Part shown: positions 8,781-15,895 of the stretch, one piece after another
Position numbering within the stretch: the stretch's first letter is position 1
Layout: every line of letters starts with the position of its first letter
Source of the DNA: Thermoplasmatota archaeon
GTDB taxonomy: Archaea > Thermoplasmatota > Penumbrarchaeia > Penumbrarchaeales > Penumbrarchaeaceae
Length of the DNA: 17,667 bases
Direction: 5' to 3'
NCBI GenBank assembly: GCA_029762535.1
Contig: JARVGK010000046.1
Coordinates: 1-17,667, forward strand
Position numbers and translations under genes: made by a program
The notes under the pieces: model-generated
The model's database searches: none
Seen by the model: only the letters and a program-made list of their open reading frames with translations
Told to the model about the DNA's origin: nothing

Positions 8781-9620
8781 CTAACACCTCGCCCTATCGA
8801 TGAAATGCCGCAGCATCAGGAGTGGAATATCAACGCCCGTCGGCGCCACGCTGTTCTTGAACTCCATTGTGTGGTTCACCTCGTTCACGGAGAATCCGGT
8901 CCCGGTCTCGAAGAGGTCCACGGCCACGATCTCTCCGTTGACGGCCTCGTTCGCCCTCACGCAGATATCGTTCAACTCCTCGGTTACGGGGCAGGCCGAA
9001 GCCTTCCCACCCCTTGCGGTATTGGTGATCCAGTGCTCTGAATTCCGGTATATCGCGCATATGGTCCGATCGCCCACCACAAAGGCGCGGATGTCCCTGC
9101 CCTGCTTCTCTACGTAATCCTGTATGTAGATCGCCGAATGGGGGTAGCCCCCGAGGGTGTCCTTGTGCTCCAGGATCGCCTCGGCACATTCGCGGTCGTT
9201 CACTTTCGCCAACAATCTGCCCCAGGACCCGACAACTGGCTTGATCACGCAGGGATAGCCGATCCTCTCGATCTCCCGAAGGGCCGCCTCCGGAGACAAC
9301 GCCATGGAGGTCCTCGGAGTGGGGATCCCGCTGCGGACAAGAGCGGCCGAGGTCAGGTACTTGTCCCCGCATATCCTCACGACCTCGGAGGAGTTCATCG
9401 TGAGGATCCCCGCCTCCTCGGCCATCTTCAGGAAATAATATGACCTGAACTGGCTGATGCCCCGGTCCAGGACCGCGTCGGATTCGAAAGGGACGTCTCC
9501 CAAGGCGGAGGAGAGATCCTCCATCCTCACCGTATCAAGGGGGATCCCCTCCCTCTTTGCGGCATCCAGGATCATCTTCTCGTCATGGCGTATGACGCTG
9601 TATGCCATCGACAATCTCAA
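8781..9620 (-). CDS. lysX: Alpha-aminoadipate--LysW ligase (ATP-grasp, RimK family)
   Basis: [48 protein letters not shown]; TTG start 6 nt after the lysW stop. Confidence 0.94.
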   Translation of the reverse strand: MRLSMAYSVIRHDEKMILDAAKREGIPLDTVRMEDLSSALGDVPFESDAVLDRGISQFRSYYFLKMAEEAGILTMNSSEVVRICGDKYLTSAALVRSGIPTPRTSMALSPEAALREIERIGYPCVIKPVVGSWGRLLAKVNDRECAEAILEHKDTLGGYPHSAIYIQDYVEKQGRDIRAFVVGDRTICAIYRNSEHWITNTARGGKASACPVTEELNDICVRANEAVNGEIVAVDLFETGTGFSVNEVNHTMEFKNSVAPTGVDIPLLMLRHFIDRARC

Positions 9621-9626
9621 CTGGAC

Positions 9627-9791
9627 CTACTCTCCCCAGTCCTCTTTCTCCTCGGGGGCGGGTTCCAGCTTGAATGGCGAAAGGGCGATCACCTCAAGGT
9701 CGCTGCCGCAGTCCGGGCAGGGTATCAGTTCGTTCGTGAGCAATCCGTTGTTCGCGATATCGGCGCCGCATACGGGGCAGTCCTCTGTCAT
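9627..9791 (-). CDS. lysW: Amino-group carrier protein LysW (54 aa, zinc ribbon, C-terminal EDWGE)
   Basis: Not in ORF track. Manual translation: MTEDCPVCGADIANNGLLTNELIPCPDCGSDLEVIALSPFKLEPAPEEKEDWGE*. Two CxxC motifs, acidic, diagnostic EDWGE terminus; AAGGAG SD at 9806-9801. Confidence 0.97.
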   Translation of the reverse strand: MTEDCPVCGADIANNGLLTNELIPCPDCGSDLEVIALSPFKLEPAPEEKEDWGE

Positions 9792-9851
9792 TTTTTCTTT
9801 CTCCTTCGCAGTTCAGACCTTTGCGGTCGAAAGGCGTGTATATATATCAGG

Positions 9852-9860
9852 TATTTAAAA
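9852..9860 (-). promoter_or_regulatory. Putative TATA box of the lysWXYZJK operon
   Basis: TTTTAAATA on the minus strand, predicting a short 5' UTR that contains the lysW SD. An alternative TATATATA lies at about 9839-9846. Confidence 0.6.
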
Positions 9861-9870
9861 CATCACATAC

Positions 9871-9935
9871 TCGTAAGATTATTACGAATATCGTTTAATG
9901 TGCCAAATATTCTCATAGAATTCGAAATAACGATC
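9871..9935. promoter_or_regulatory. Putative Lrp-family operator array upstream of lysW
   Basis: Core semi-palindrome TACGA-ATA-TCGTT (9883-9895), overlapping palindrome TCGTAA-n5-TTACGA (9871-9887), further TCGAA at 9922; the same arrangement occurs at 11506-11567. Confidence 0.65.
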
Positions 9936-11034
9936 ATGCCTTGATCGCCCTTGCCGCACCGAGAACCTCCTCGAGCGAAAAGGACCCTTTCTCCCTTGAC
10001 TTTATGAGACACAGCAGTCGGTCCTTCTGGGCTCTGTCAAGGTCCAATGTGTGACGGCTGAGAATGCTCTCGAGGAGATCCGTGCCCGAGAATTTGTCGA
10101 TCTCGAACCTCCGCTCCCTCCCAACCGCCTCCGCGGGGATCACCTCGTAGAAGGAGGGCCTCAGTAATGCCGCGGACACGTGCAGGCCCCCATTGTGGGA
10201 GAATGCGTTCCTGCCGACTATCGGCGCGTTCGAGGCCACTTTCATGCCCGATAGCCCTTCGACCAAGGAGGACAACTCGGGGAGCATCTCCAGGTCGTAT
10301 TTATCGACGCCGTAGTGGACTTTCAAGGCCACTGCCAGTTCGGAGAGGTCCGTGATCCCCGCCCTCTCCCCCAGCCCGTTCACACAGGCATCGATGAGGA
10401 TCGCCCCGTTGTCGAAGGCAGTGAGGGAATTTGCGAGGGCCAATCCGAGATCGTTATGACAATGGACGTTGATAGATGCACCGGTCCTGTCTATCAGGTC
10501 CTTCACGAAGGGACCGATCATGGAGGGGATCGCCGCCCCGACCGTGTCGGCGACGCCGATCCTGTCGGCCCCTGCCTCCAGGGCGGCCCGGGAGACCCTG
10601 ACCACGCTCTCGAAGTCGGACCTGAGCGTGTCCTCCGGGGTGTATCGTACCTTCAAGCCGTGGTCCTTGGCGTATTCCACGGCATCCTCCACCAGATCGC
10701 AGACCTGACAGAGGTCCTTCCTGAAATGATCTTTAAGTCTGTCGTCGAGAACGCTTATGAAGAGCCCGATCCACTCGACATCGCATTCCAGGGCAAGGTC
10801 TATGTCGGAGATCATCGCCCTGCTGTGTGCGAGCACCTTTGCCTTCAAACCCTGCCTTGCGACTGCCTTGAGCCCCTCCTTCACATCGGGTGAGACGGCG
10901 GGGTGGCCGGCCTCGATGAAGTCCACGCCGAAACGGTCCAGCATATCGGCGATGCGGATCTTCTCATCGACGGTGAAGGTCACCCCGGGGGTCTGCTCGC
11001 CCTCCCTCAGGGTGGAATCGAGGATCTCAACCAT
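9934..11034 (-). CDS. lysS: Homocitrate synthase (DRE-TIM metallolyase, LeuA/HCS family; symbol refers to HCS, not lysyl-tRNA synthetase)
   Basis: ILDSTLREGEQ, IGVADTVG, HCHNDLGLA, GLGERAG, AFSHNGGLH. About 366 aa with no IPMS regulatory domain; lies directly upstream of lysW. Start ATG 11034 (or GTG 11037) is coupled to the lrp stop. Substrate is inferred from context and the LREGEQ variant. Confidence 0.75.
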   Translation of the reverse strand: MVEILDSTLREGEQTPGVTFTVDEKIRIADMLDRFGVDFIEAGHPAVSPDVKEGLKAVARQGLKAKVLAHSRAMISDIDLALECDVEWIGLFISVLDDRLKDHFRKDLCQVCDLVEDAVEYAKDHGLKVRYTPEDTLRSDFESVVRVSRAALEAGADRIGVADTVGAAIPSMIGPFVKDLIDRTGASINVHCHNDLGLALANSLTAFDNGAILIDACVNGLGERAGITDLSELAVALKVHYGVDKYDLEMLPELSSLVEGLSGMKVASNAPIVGRNAFSHNGGLHVSAALLRPSFYEVIPAEAVGRERRFEIDKFSGTDLLESILSRHTLDLDRAQKDRLLCLIKSREKGSFSLEEVLGAARAIKA

Positions 11035-11036
11035 CA

Positions 11037-11462
11037 CTACACCTGCTGTTCTCCCAGGATCAGCCTGGTCTTTGTGTACTTGACGTCCTCCATGGCCCGG
11101 ATCGCCTCTATCGTGTTGTTCAACTCCACCGTGTTCGAGACGTCTATGATCGCCAGTATATCAGAATCCCCGGAGATCTCATAGACCCGCTCCACGCCCT
11201 CGAGCTTCTTGATCTTCTTCGCGATCCTTGTGGTATGGACGTTCACCTCGATGTTCACCTCGATTATGGCCTTGAGCCCCCTGGAGGCGGTGTCAATGGT
11301 GAAGCGGACGATAGCCCCCTCGTTCCTCATCATCGCGATCCTCTGCCGGATCGATCCCTCGGAGACCTGGAGATCGTTAGCTATCGCGACGTTCGTGGTC
11401 CTCGCATCCTTCTTGAGGATCTTGATTATCCTTATGTCAAGTTCGTCTAGCTCCGGCTTCAT
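11037..11462 (-). CDS. Lrp/AsnC family transcriptional regulator (LysM-like by context)
   Basis: LDELDIRIIKILKKDARTTNVAIANDLQVSEGSIRQRI HTH; C-terminal RAM domain (VYEISGDSDILA); stop overlaps the homocitrate synthase start. Confidence 0.92.
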   Translation of the reverse strand: MKPELDELDIRIIKILKKDARTTNVAIANDLQVSEGSIRQRIAMMRNEGAIVRFTIDTASRGLKAIIEVNIEVNVHTTRIAKKIKKLEGVERVYEISGDSDILAIIDVSNTVELNNTIEAIRAMEDVKYTKTRLILGEQQV

Positions 11463-11486
11463 GATGCCGGATGAGGTTTGGATTGA

Positions 11487-11494
11487 TATATTAA
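11487..11494 (-). promoter_or_regulatory. Putative TATA box of the lrp-homocitrate synthase transcript (leaderless)
   Basis: TTAATATA on the minus strand ending about 25 nt before ATG 11462; no SD before that ATG. Confidence 0.6.
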
Positions 11495-11505
11495 TCTATT
11501 CATTT

Positions 11506-11568
11506 TCGAAAAATTTTTACGATATTCGAAACAACGTCTCTATCGCCCGCTCGGATCGAAAACGATCC
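11506..11568. promoter_or_regulatory. Putative Lrp-family operator array between the divergent lrp and marC promoters
   Basis: TACGA-TAT-TCGAA (11518-11530), TCGAAA-n5-TTACGA (11506-11522), TCGAA at 11556 inside the palindrome GGATCG-AAAA-CGATCC (11553-11568). Confidence 0.65.
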
Positions 11569-11600
11569 AGGAAAAGCCCCTCACACAGGTTGCATAAGGA

Positions 11601-11608
11601 TTATATAT
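11601..11608 (+). promoter_or_regulatory. Putative TATA box of marC (leaderless)
   Basis: TTATATAT preceded by purine-rich ATAAGGA, 23 nt before GTG 11632. Confidence 0.6.
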
Positions 11609-11631
11609 ACGGTCAAGTTGCTTGCCGTCCC

Positions 11632-12336
11632 GTGATAGACTTCGAGGTCGTCTTCGCCACTTTCATATCGATCATAGCGATCGTGAACCCCATGGGTGCG
11701 GTCACCACGTATGCCGCCCTCACCTTGGGCTATACGAAAAAGGAAAAGGAGCAGGTCGTCAGAAAGGCGGCCCTGGTCGCATTCTTCACGCTCGCGGTAT
11801 TCACCATCGCAGGCAGGTTCATCTTCGGTTTCTTCAACATCAACGTGAACAGCTTCAGGATCGCAGGCGGGATCATCATTCTCCTCATCGCGATAGACAT
11901 GGTCCGCGGCCAGACATCCCCGATGAAGATCACCGACAAGGAGAAGGCCGATCATCTTGAGAGGGAGCAGGTTGGCATAATCCCCTTGGGGATCCCTCTT
12001 CTGGCGGGTCCGGGGGCCATCACCACCGTGATGATAGCCACATCCCAGAACGACACCGGCCTTGGCGAATGGCCCTGGATCGGGGTCGTGGTCATATGCT
12101 GCGCCCTCGTCATGATAGCATCGTACCTGATACTCAGAAGGTCCGATATGATATTCGACCGTATAGGCCGGACGGGGACCAAGATCTTCGGCCGGCTCAT
12201 GGGACTGATACTGGGCGCCGTCGCCGTCCAGTTCATAGTGAACGGGTTGAAGGAGATATTCCCTTCCCTCTCCGGCGAGGCCGTTGGAGCGATCATAGCG
12301 ATCGCAAGGTCCGTTGCTATCTTTTTGGGGTGCTGA
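11632..12336 (+). CDS. marC: MarC family (NAAT) integral membrane protein
   Basis: IVNPMG, FRIAGGII, IPLGIPLLAGPGAITTV, RLMGLILGAVAVQFIVNG. The track ORF 11209..12336 is over-extended into lrp; the start is reassigned to GTG 11632 from the domain start and TATA spacing. Confidence 0.9.
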   Translation: MIDFEVVFATFISIIAIVNPMGAVTTYAALTLGYTKKEKEQVVRKAALVAFFTLAVFTIAGRFIFGFFNINVNSFRIAGGIIILLIAIDMVRGQTSPMKITDKEKADHLEREQVGIIPLGIPLLAGPGAITTVMIATSQNDTGLGEWPWIGVVVICCALVMIASYLILRRSDMIFDRIGRTGTKIFGRLMGLILGAVAVQFIVNGLKEIFPSLSGEAVGAIIAIARSVAIFLGC

Positions 12337-12339
12337 AGA

Positions 12340-12978
12340 ATGTCGATGTTCAGCGATCTCTGGGAGGAATATTACAGGCGGAAAGAGGTCCACTGGGGTG
12401 GAGGCCCGATCCCGCTTCCCGACCTTCCAAAGGGGGCCAGGGTCCTCGAGATCGGCTGCGGCACAGGGAACATAACGCTCCAGGCCCTCGAGAGGGGCTA
12501 CGATGTGACGGGGATCGATCTCTCGAGAACGGCAGTACAGACGGCCAGGGAGAGGGCCTCGTCCAGGGGATTCACCCCTGATCTGGACGTGATGGACATA
12601 CTCATGGACGACCTGCCCGAAAATGAATATGACGCGGTCTTCCTGCACCATGTATTGGGATCCATGTGGGAGGAGGAGAGGTCCGAGGCCGTGAAAAGGT
12701 CCCGGTTCGCGCTCAGGAACGGGGGAGACATCTCATTCATCGATTTCTCCATGAACGATATGAGGTTCGGAAAAGGTCAGGAGGTCGAGAAGGACACGTT
12801 CCTAAAGGGGACCGGGTTCATACAGCATTTCTTCACCGAAGGCGAGGTCCGCTCGCTATTCTCCGACATGCAGATAATGCGGGTCGAGGAGATAAACTGG
12901 GAGCAGAACGTCGGTCCCGAGACCGCGACAAGGTCCAGGATATTCGCCCATTTCAGGGATCAGCGCTTGAGGACCTGA
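12340..12978 (+). CDS. Class I SAM-dependent methyltransferase, substrate unknown
   Basis: Motif I VLEIGCGTG, post-I VTGIDLS, YDAV, LRNGG; 3 nt after the marC stop. Confidence 0.88.
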   Translation: MSMFSDLWEEYYRRKEVHWGGGPIPLPDLPKGARVLEIGCGTGNITLQALERGYDVTGIDLSRTAVQTARERASSRGFTPDLDVMDILMDDLPENEYDAVFLHHVLGSMWEEERSEAVKRSRFALRNGGDISFIDFSMNDMRFGKGQEVEKDTFLKGTGFIQHFFTEGEVRSLFSDMQIMRVEEINWEQNVGPETATRSRIFAHFRDQRLRT

Positions 12979-13364
12979 GGGAATGCCTCAGGCGCATCGA
13001 TCGGCCTGAACGTACCGGTGTCGATGAAGACCCCCCACTGCCTCGCCCTGGCAACAACCTCCCCGTCGCGGACGAACTCGGAGGCCAGGGCCCATTTGGG
13101 ACCGACGAGCTCCTCGACCCAGATCCTGCCCTCGACATCGTCCAGCAGCTTCAAAGGCCTCCTGTAGTCGATCTCGGAATGTGCGAGCACGGGCAGCCTG
13201 CCGTCCTTGATCATTTCCCTCAGGTCCATGTATCTCGTGAGCAGGTCCATCCTCATGTCCTCCAGCCATCTGAAGTAGACCTGGTTGGATACGATACCAG
13301 CGAAATCGATCTCGTATGTCATCACCCTGATCTTCCTTGTGACCATGAACTGTCTTTCTTCCAT
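12960..13364 (-). CDS. Acyl-CoA thioesterase, hotdog fold (4HBT/YbgC-like)
   Basis: IRVMTYEIDFAGIVSNQVYFRWLEDMR, EIDYRRPL, RPIDAP. Start reassigned to ATG 13364 because the track start 13445 overlaps the divergent gene. Convergent 19-bp overlap with the methyltransferase. Confidence 0.85.
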   Translation of the reverse strand: MEERQFMVTRKIRVMTYEIDFAGIVSNQVYFRWLEDMRMDLLTRYMDLREMIKDGRLPVLAHSEIDYRRPLKLLDDVEGRIWVEELVGPKWALASEFVRDGEVVARARQWGVFIDTGTFRPIDAPEAFPQVLKR

Positions 13365-13395
13365 TTGGGATCCCGGCGGGGGCAACGCGCTCAAA

Positions 13396-13403
13396 GTTAA
13401 AAA
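13396..13403. promoter_or_regulatory. Putative bidirectional TATA element
   Basis: GTTAAAAA / TTTTTAAC is the only AT-rich element in the 63-bp gap; about 24 nt to ATG 13428 (+) and about 31 nt to ATG 13364 (-). Confidence 0.45.
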
Positions 13404-13427
13404 CCATGTCCTCCATGAGGTTGAACG

Positions 13428-14189
13428 ATGGATGGTCATCTGCATGATGACCGGGGAAAATGGCTCGACCCGGTCAGGACCCCAAAGCTAGCCTTGGTGG
13501 TCCTTGCCCTCATCGTATTCATGTTCGCGCTGGCCCGCCTGCTGCCGACGGGATCCCCCGGCGAGGAATGGGGGACCCACGGGGATCGCAACTTCATACT
13601 GCATGCTTTCGAGCTGACCTGCCTGGCCCTCATGATAGCATCCTTCCTGCATGCAAGGATCAGGTGGGGCTTGAAGGACGCCATGCTCTTTTTCACCGTC
13701 GGCCTGGCATACGGGGTGATACTCGAGGACATCACAGTGACATTCTCGGGCTATTACACTTACAATCCCGATGCCTGGATACAGGTCCACAACACCATGA
13801 TGGCAGTCCCCTTCTGCTGGACCGCCGTGATATATGTGTGCCTTTACGTCATAGACGAGAATCCCAAACTCCGATCCCTCGCCAGGATCGAAAAGGGGTT
13901 GCTCGCGGGCGTGCTCGCCGTCTCTCTGGACGTGGGGATCGATTCGGTCTTCGCCGCTTACGGTCTATGGCACTGGGCGGAAGGACAGTGGTTCGGCGTT
14001 CCCATGGCGAACTTCACGGCATGGTTCATGGCAGTGGGCGGGTTCGTGGTCATATGGGACGACATGAGATCGCTCAAGGCCCACAGGGTGGTCAGGGAGA
14101 TGGGCATGATACTGGGTTCCGCCCTCTCTTACGCGGCGCTGTTGGTTATGGTCTACCTGACATATGTGGCCTCGGAGGTGGTCTTTTGA
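13428..14189 (+). CDS. CruF/DUF422-like ('carotenoid biosynthesis protein') polytopic membrane protein
   Basis: Multiple TM segments with family-like motifs G..LE.I.V..GYYTY, VPFCW, LDVGID.V, GLWHW..G.WFGVPMANF.AWF. Confidence 0.75.
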   Translation: MDGHLHDDRGKWLDPVRTPKLALVVLALIVFMFALARLLPTGSPGEEWGTHGDRNFILHAFELTCLALMIASFLHARIRWGLKDAMLFFTVGLAYGVILEDITVTFSGYYTYNPDAWIQVHNTMMAVPFCWTAVIYVCLYVIDENPKLRSLARIEKGLLAGVLAVSLDVGIDSVFAAYGLWHWAEGQWFGVPMANFTAWFMAVGGFVVIWDDMRSLKAHRVVREMGMILGSALSYAALLVMVYLTYVASEVVF

Positions 14190-14392
14190 AGGAGGCGTTC
14201 CTTCGATATTTCCCTCGCGCTTTCATCCTCGCGGCGCATCTGGGCGGGGTCGCGATCTCGCTTTGGATGAACAGGTGGGACCTTCTTGCGGCGGGGATCG
14301 CTTTCGGGATACCATCGACGCTGCTGTTCCTCGACCTTCTCCCGGGGGGAAAAGGCCATATGATAAAACTGATAGAGCGCATCATCCGTTGA
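14186..14392 (+). CDS. Small membrane protein (68 aa), hypothetical
   Basis: TTG start overlapping the previous stop (TTGA); strong SD GGAGGTG at 14174-14180; MKEAFLRYFPRAFILAAHLGGVAISLWMNRWDLLAAGIAFGIPSTLLFLDLLPGGKGHMIKLIERIIR has two hydrophobic segments. It is the tail of track ORF 13460..14392. Confidence 0.65.
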   Translation: MKEAFLRYFPRAFILAAHLGGVAISLWMNRWDLLAAGIAFGIPSTLLFLDLLPGGKGHMIKLIERIIR

Positions 14393-14419
14393 CGCAGCCC
14401 TCTCATGTGAACCTATACA

Positions 14420-14427
14420 TATATATT
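14420..14427 (+). promoter_or_regulatory. Putative TATA box of the disulfide reductase gene (leaderless)
   Basis: TATATATT about 22 nt before ATG 14450. Confidence 0.55.
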
Positions 14428-14449
14428 CCAAGTGGCAACTGGAACCATC

Positions 14450-15895
14450 ATGAAGGATATCGAGGAATACGATCTGATCGTGATAGGTTCCGGAGCCGGT
14501 TTGAACGTTGCCTCCGATGCGTATTCGGCCGGCATGAAGGTCGCCCTTTTCGACGACGGCCCCATCGGCGGGACATGCCTGAACAGGGGCTGCATCCCCA
14601 CGAAGATCATACTCTACCCCGCGGAGATCATCGCCTCGGCCGCCCATGCAAAGAGGGTCGGCGTCGATCTCGGCAAGCCCAAGGTGGATTTCCCCCTTAT
14701 CATGAAGAGGATGAGGTCCCTCATCGATGAGGATGTCTCCGGTATGATGAACGGGATCAAGCACGCCAAGGGTCTGGACTTCTTCAACGAGCCCGCCAGG
14801 TTCGTAGGGAATAAGGTCATCGGATCGAGCGGCAGGAAATTTAGCGCTCAGCTTATATTGATCGCAGCAGGGTCCAGGGAGACGATCCCGGACATCAAGG
14901 GATTGGAGGAAGCGGGATACCTGACCAGCACCACCGCCCTTGAACTGAAGAAAACCCCGAAGAGCCTCGTGATCATCGGGGGCGGCTACATAGCCACCGA
15001 GTTCGGGCATTTCTTCTCTGCGATGGGAACGGAGGTTACCATACTGGGAAGGAACAGGCACCTGGTCCCTCAGGAGGAGCCCGAGATCTCGGAGGAGCTG
15101 AAGGTCCGCCTCTCGGAGAGGATGGAGGTCCATACGGGAAAGGAAGTGTTCAAGGCCGGGAAGAAGCTCTTCGGCAAATACGTGACCGCCAGGGATAGAG
15201 ATACCGGAGAAGAGCACACTTTCACGGCCGAGGAGATCTTGGTTGCGGTGGGGAGGGGTTCGAACTCCGATATTTTCCACCCGGAGGCGTCCGGTATAGA
15301 GGTGGATGGAAAAGGCTGGGTTAAGGTCGATCGGTATCTGAGGACGAACGTCGAGGGCATATATGCTGTAGGGGACGCCATAGGCAGGAACATGTTCAGG
15401 CACACCGCCAACTACGAATCGGGCGTGGCGTGGAACAACATGATGGCCAAGAACGAGGAGGATCTGGAGGAGATCGATGAGCACGCGGTACCCCATGCGG
15501 TCTTCACCTATCCCGAGATAGCATCGGTGGGAATGCGCGAGGAGGAGGCCGTCAAGGAACATCTTGTAATGGTGGGCCAAGCCAGCTACACCGATGCCAT
15601 TAAAGGATATGCGATGGACGAGCCGACGAGCTTCGTAAAGGTGATAGTGGACGCCAAGAGCAGGGTCATTCTCGGCGCACATGCCATCGGACCTCATGCT
15701 ACTGCCATGGTCCAGCCGTTGGTCTACCTCATGAACGCCGGAAAGGGCACATACATGCCTTTGATTAGAGCGCAGACCATACATCCGGCGATGGAGGAGA
15801 TTATGGTTCGCGCTTTCGGGAACATGAGGCCGGGCAGGGGCCAGGAGTCCAAATTCGGGCACCATGATTACGGAGAGCACGATCATTCGCATTGA
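14450..15895 (+). CDS. Pyridine nucleotide-disulfide oxidoreductase class I (dihydrolipoyl dehydrogenase / mycothione reductase-like)
   Basis: GSGAG FAD motif, redox-active GGTCLNRGCIPTK, GGGYIATE, TNVEGIYAVGD, PHAVFTYPEIASVG, IHPAMEE; His-rich tail. ATG 14450 is preferred over GTG 14432 from TATA spacing. Confidence 0.88.
   Translation: MKDIEEYDLIVIGSGAGLNVASDAYSAGMKVALFDDGPIGGTCLNRGCIPTKIILYPAEIIASAAHAKRVGVDLGKPKVDFPLIMKRMRSLIDEDVSGMMNGIKHAKGLDFFNEPARFVGNKVIGSSGRKFSAQLILIAAGSRETIPDIKGLEEAGYLTSTTALELKKTPKSLVIIGGGYIATEFGHFFSAMGTEVTILGRNRHLVPQEEPEISEELKVRLSERMEVHTGKEVFKAGKKLFGKYVTARDRDTGEEHTFTAEEILVAVGRGSNSDIFHPEASGIEVDGKGWVKVDRYLRTNVEGIYAVGDAIGRNMFRHTANYESGVAWNNMMAKNEEDLEEIDEHAVPHAVFTYPEIASVGMREEEAVKEHLVMVGQASYTDAIKGYAMDEPTSFVKVIVDAKSRVILGAHAIGPHATAMVQPLVYLMNAGKGTYMPLIRAQTIHPAMEEIMVRAFGNMRPGRGQESKFGHHDYGEHDHSH

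Noticed and set aside
5596-10893. Numerous plus-strand and alternative-frame ORFs within the lys cluster (e.g. 5596..6315, 7171..7932, 7371..8234, 10315..10893)
   Set aside because: They are shadow ORFs of well-supported genes in GC-rich DNA, with no recognisable motifs.
11209-11631. N-terminal extension of marC in the ORF track
   Set aside because: It overlaps lrp antisense and spans the promoter/operator region; MarC similarity begins near 11632, matching TATA spacing.
11581-12651. 356-aa minus-strand ORF
   Set aside because: Antisense to marC and the methyltransferase, with no family motifs.
12340-12978. Methyltransferase as the GATC DNA methylase
   Set aside because: It lacks DPPY/NPPY or PC catalytic motifs; it looks like a small-molecule or protein class I methyltransferase.
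13460-14185. First 242 codons of track ORF 13460..14392
   Set aside because: Alternative frame over the CruF-like gene with atypical composition; only the part from TTG 14186 has an SD and protein-like character.
14450-15895. Mercuric reductase MerA
   Set aside because: No C-terminal Cys-Cys pair, no HMA domain and no mer genes nearby.
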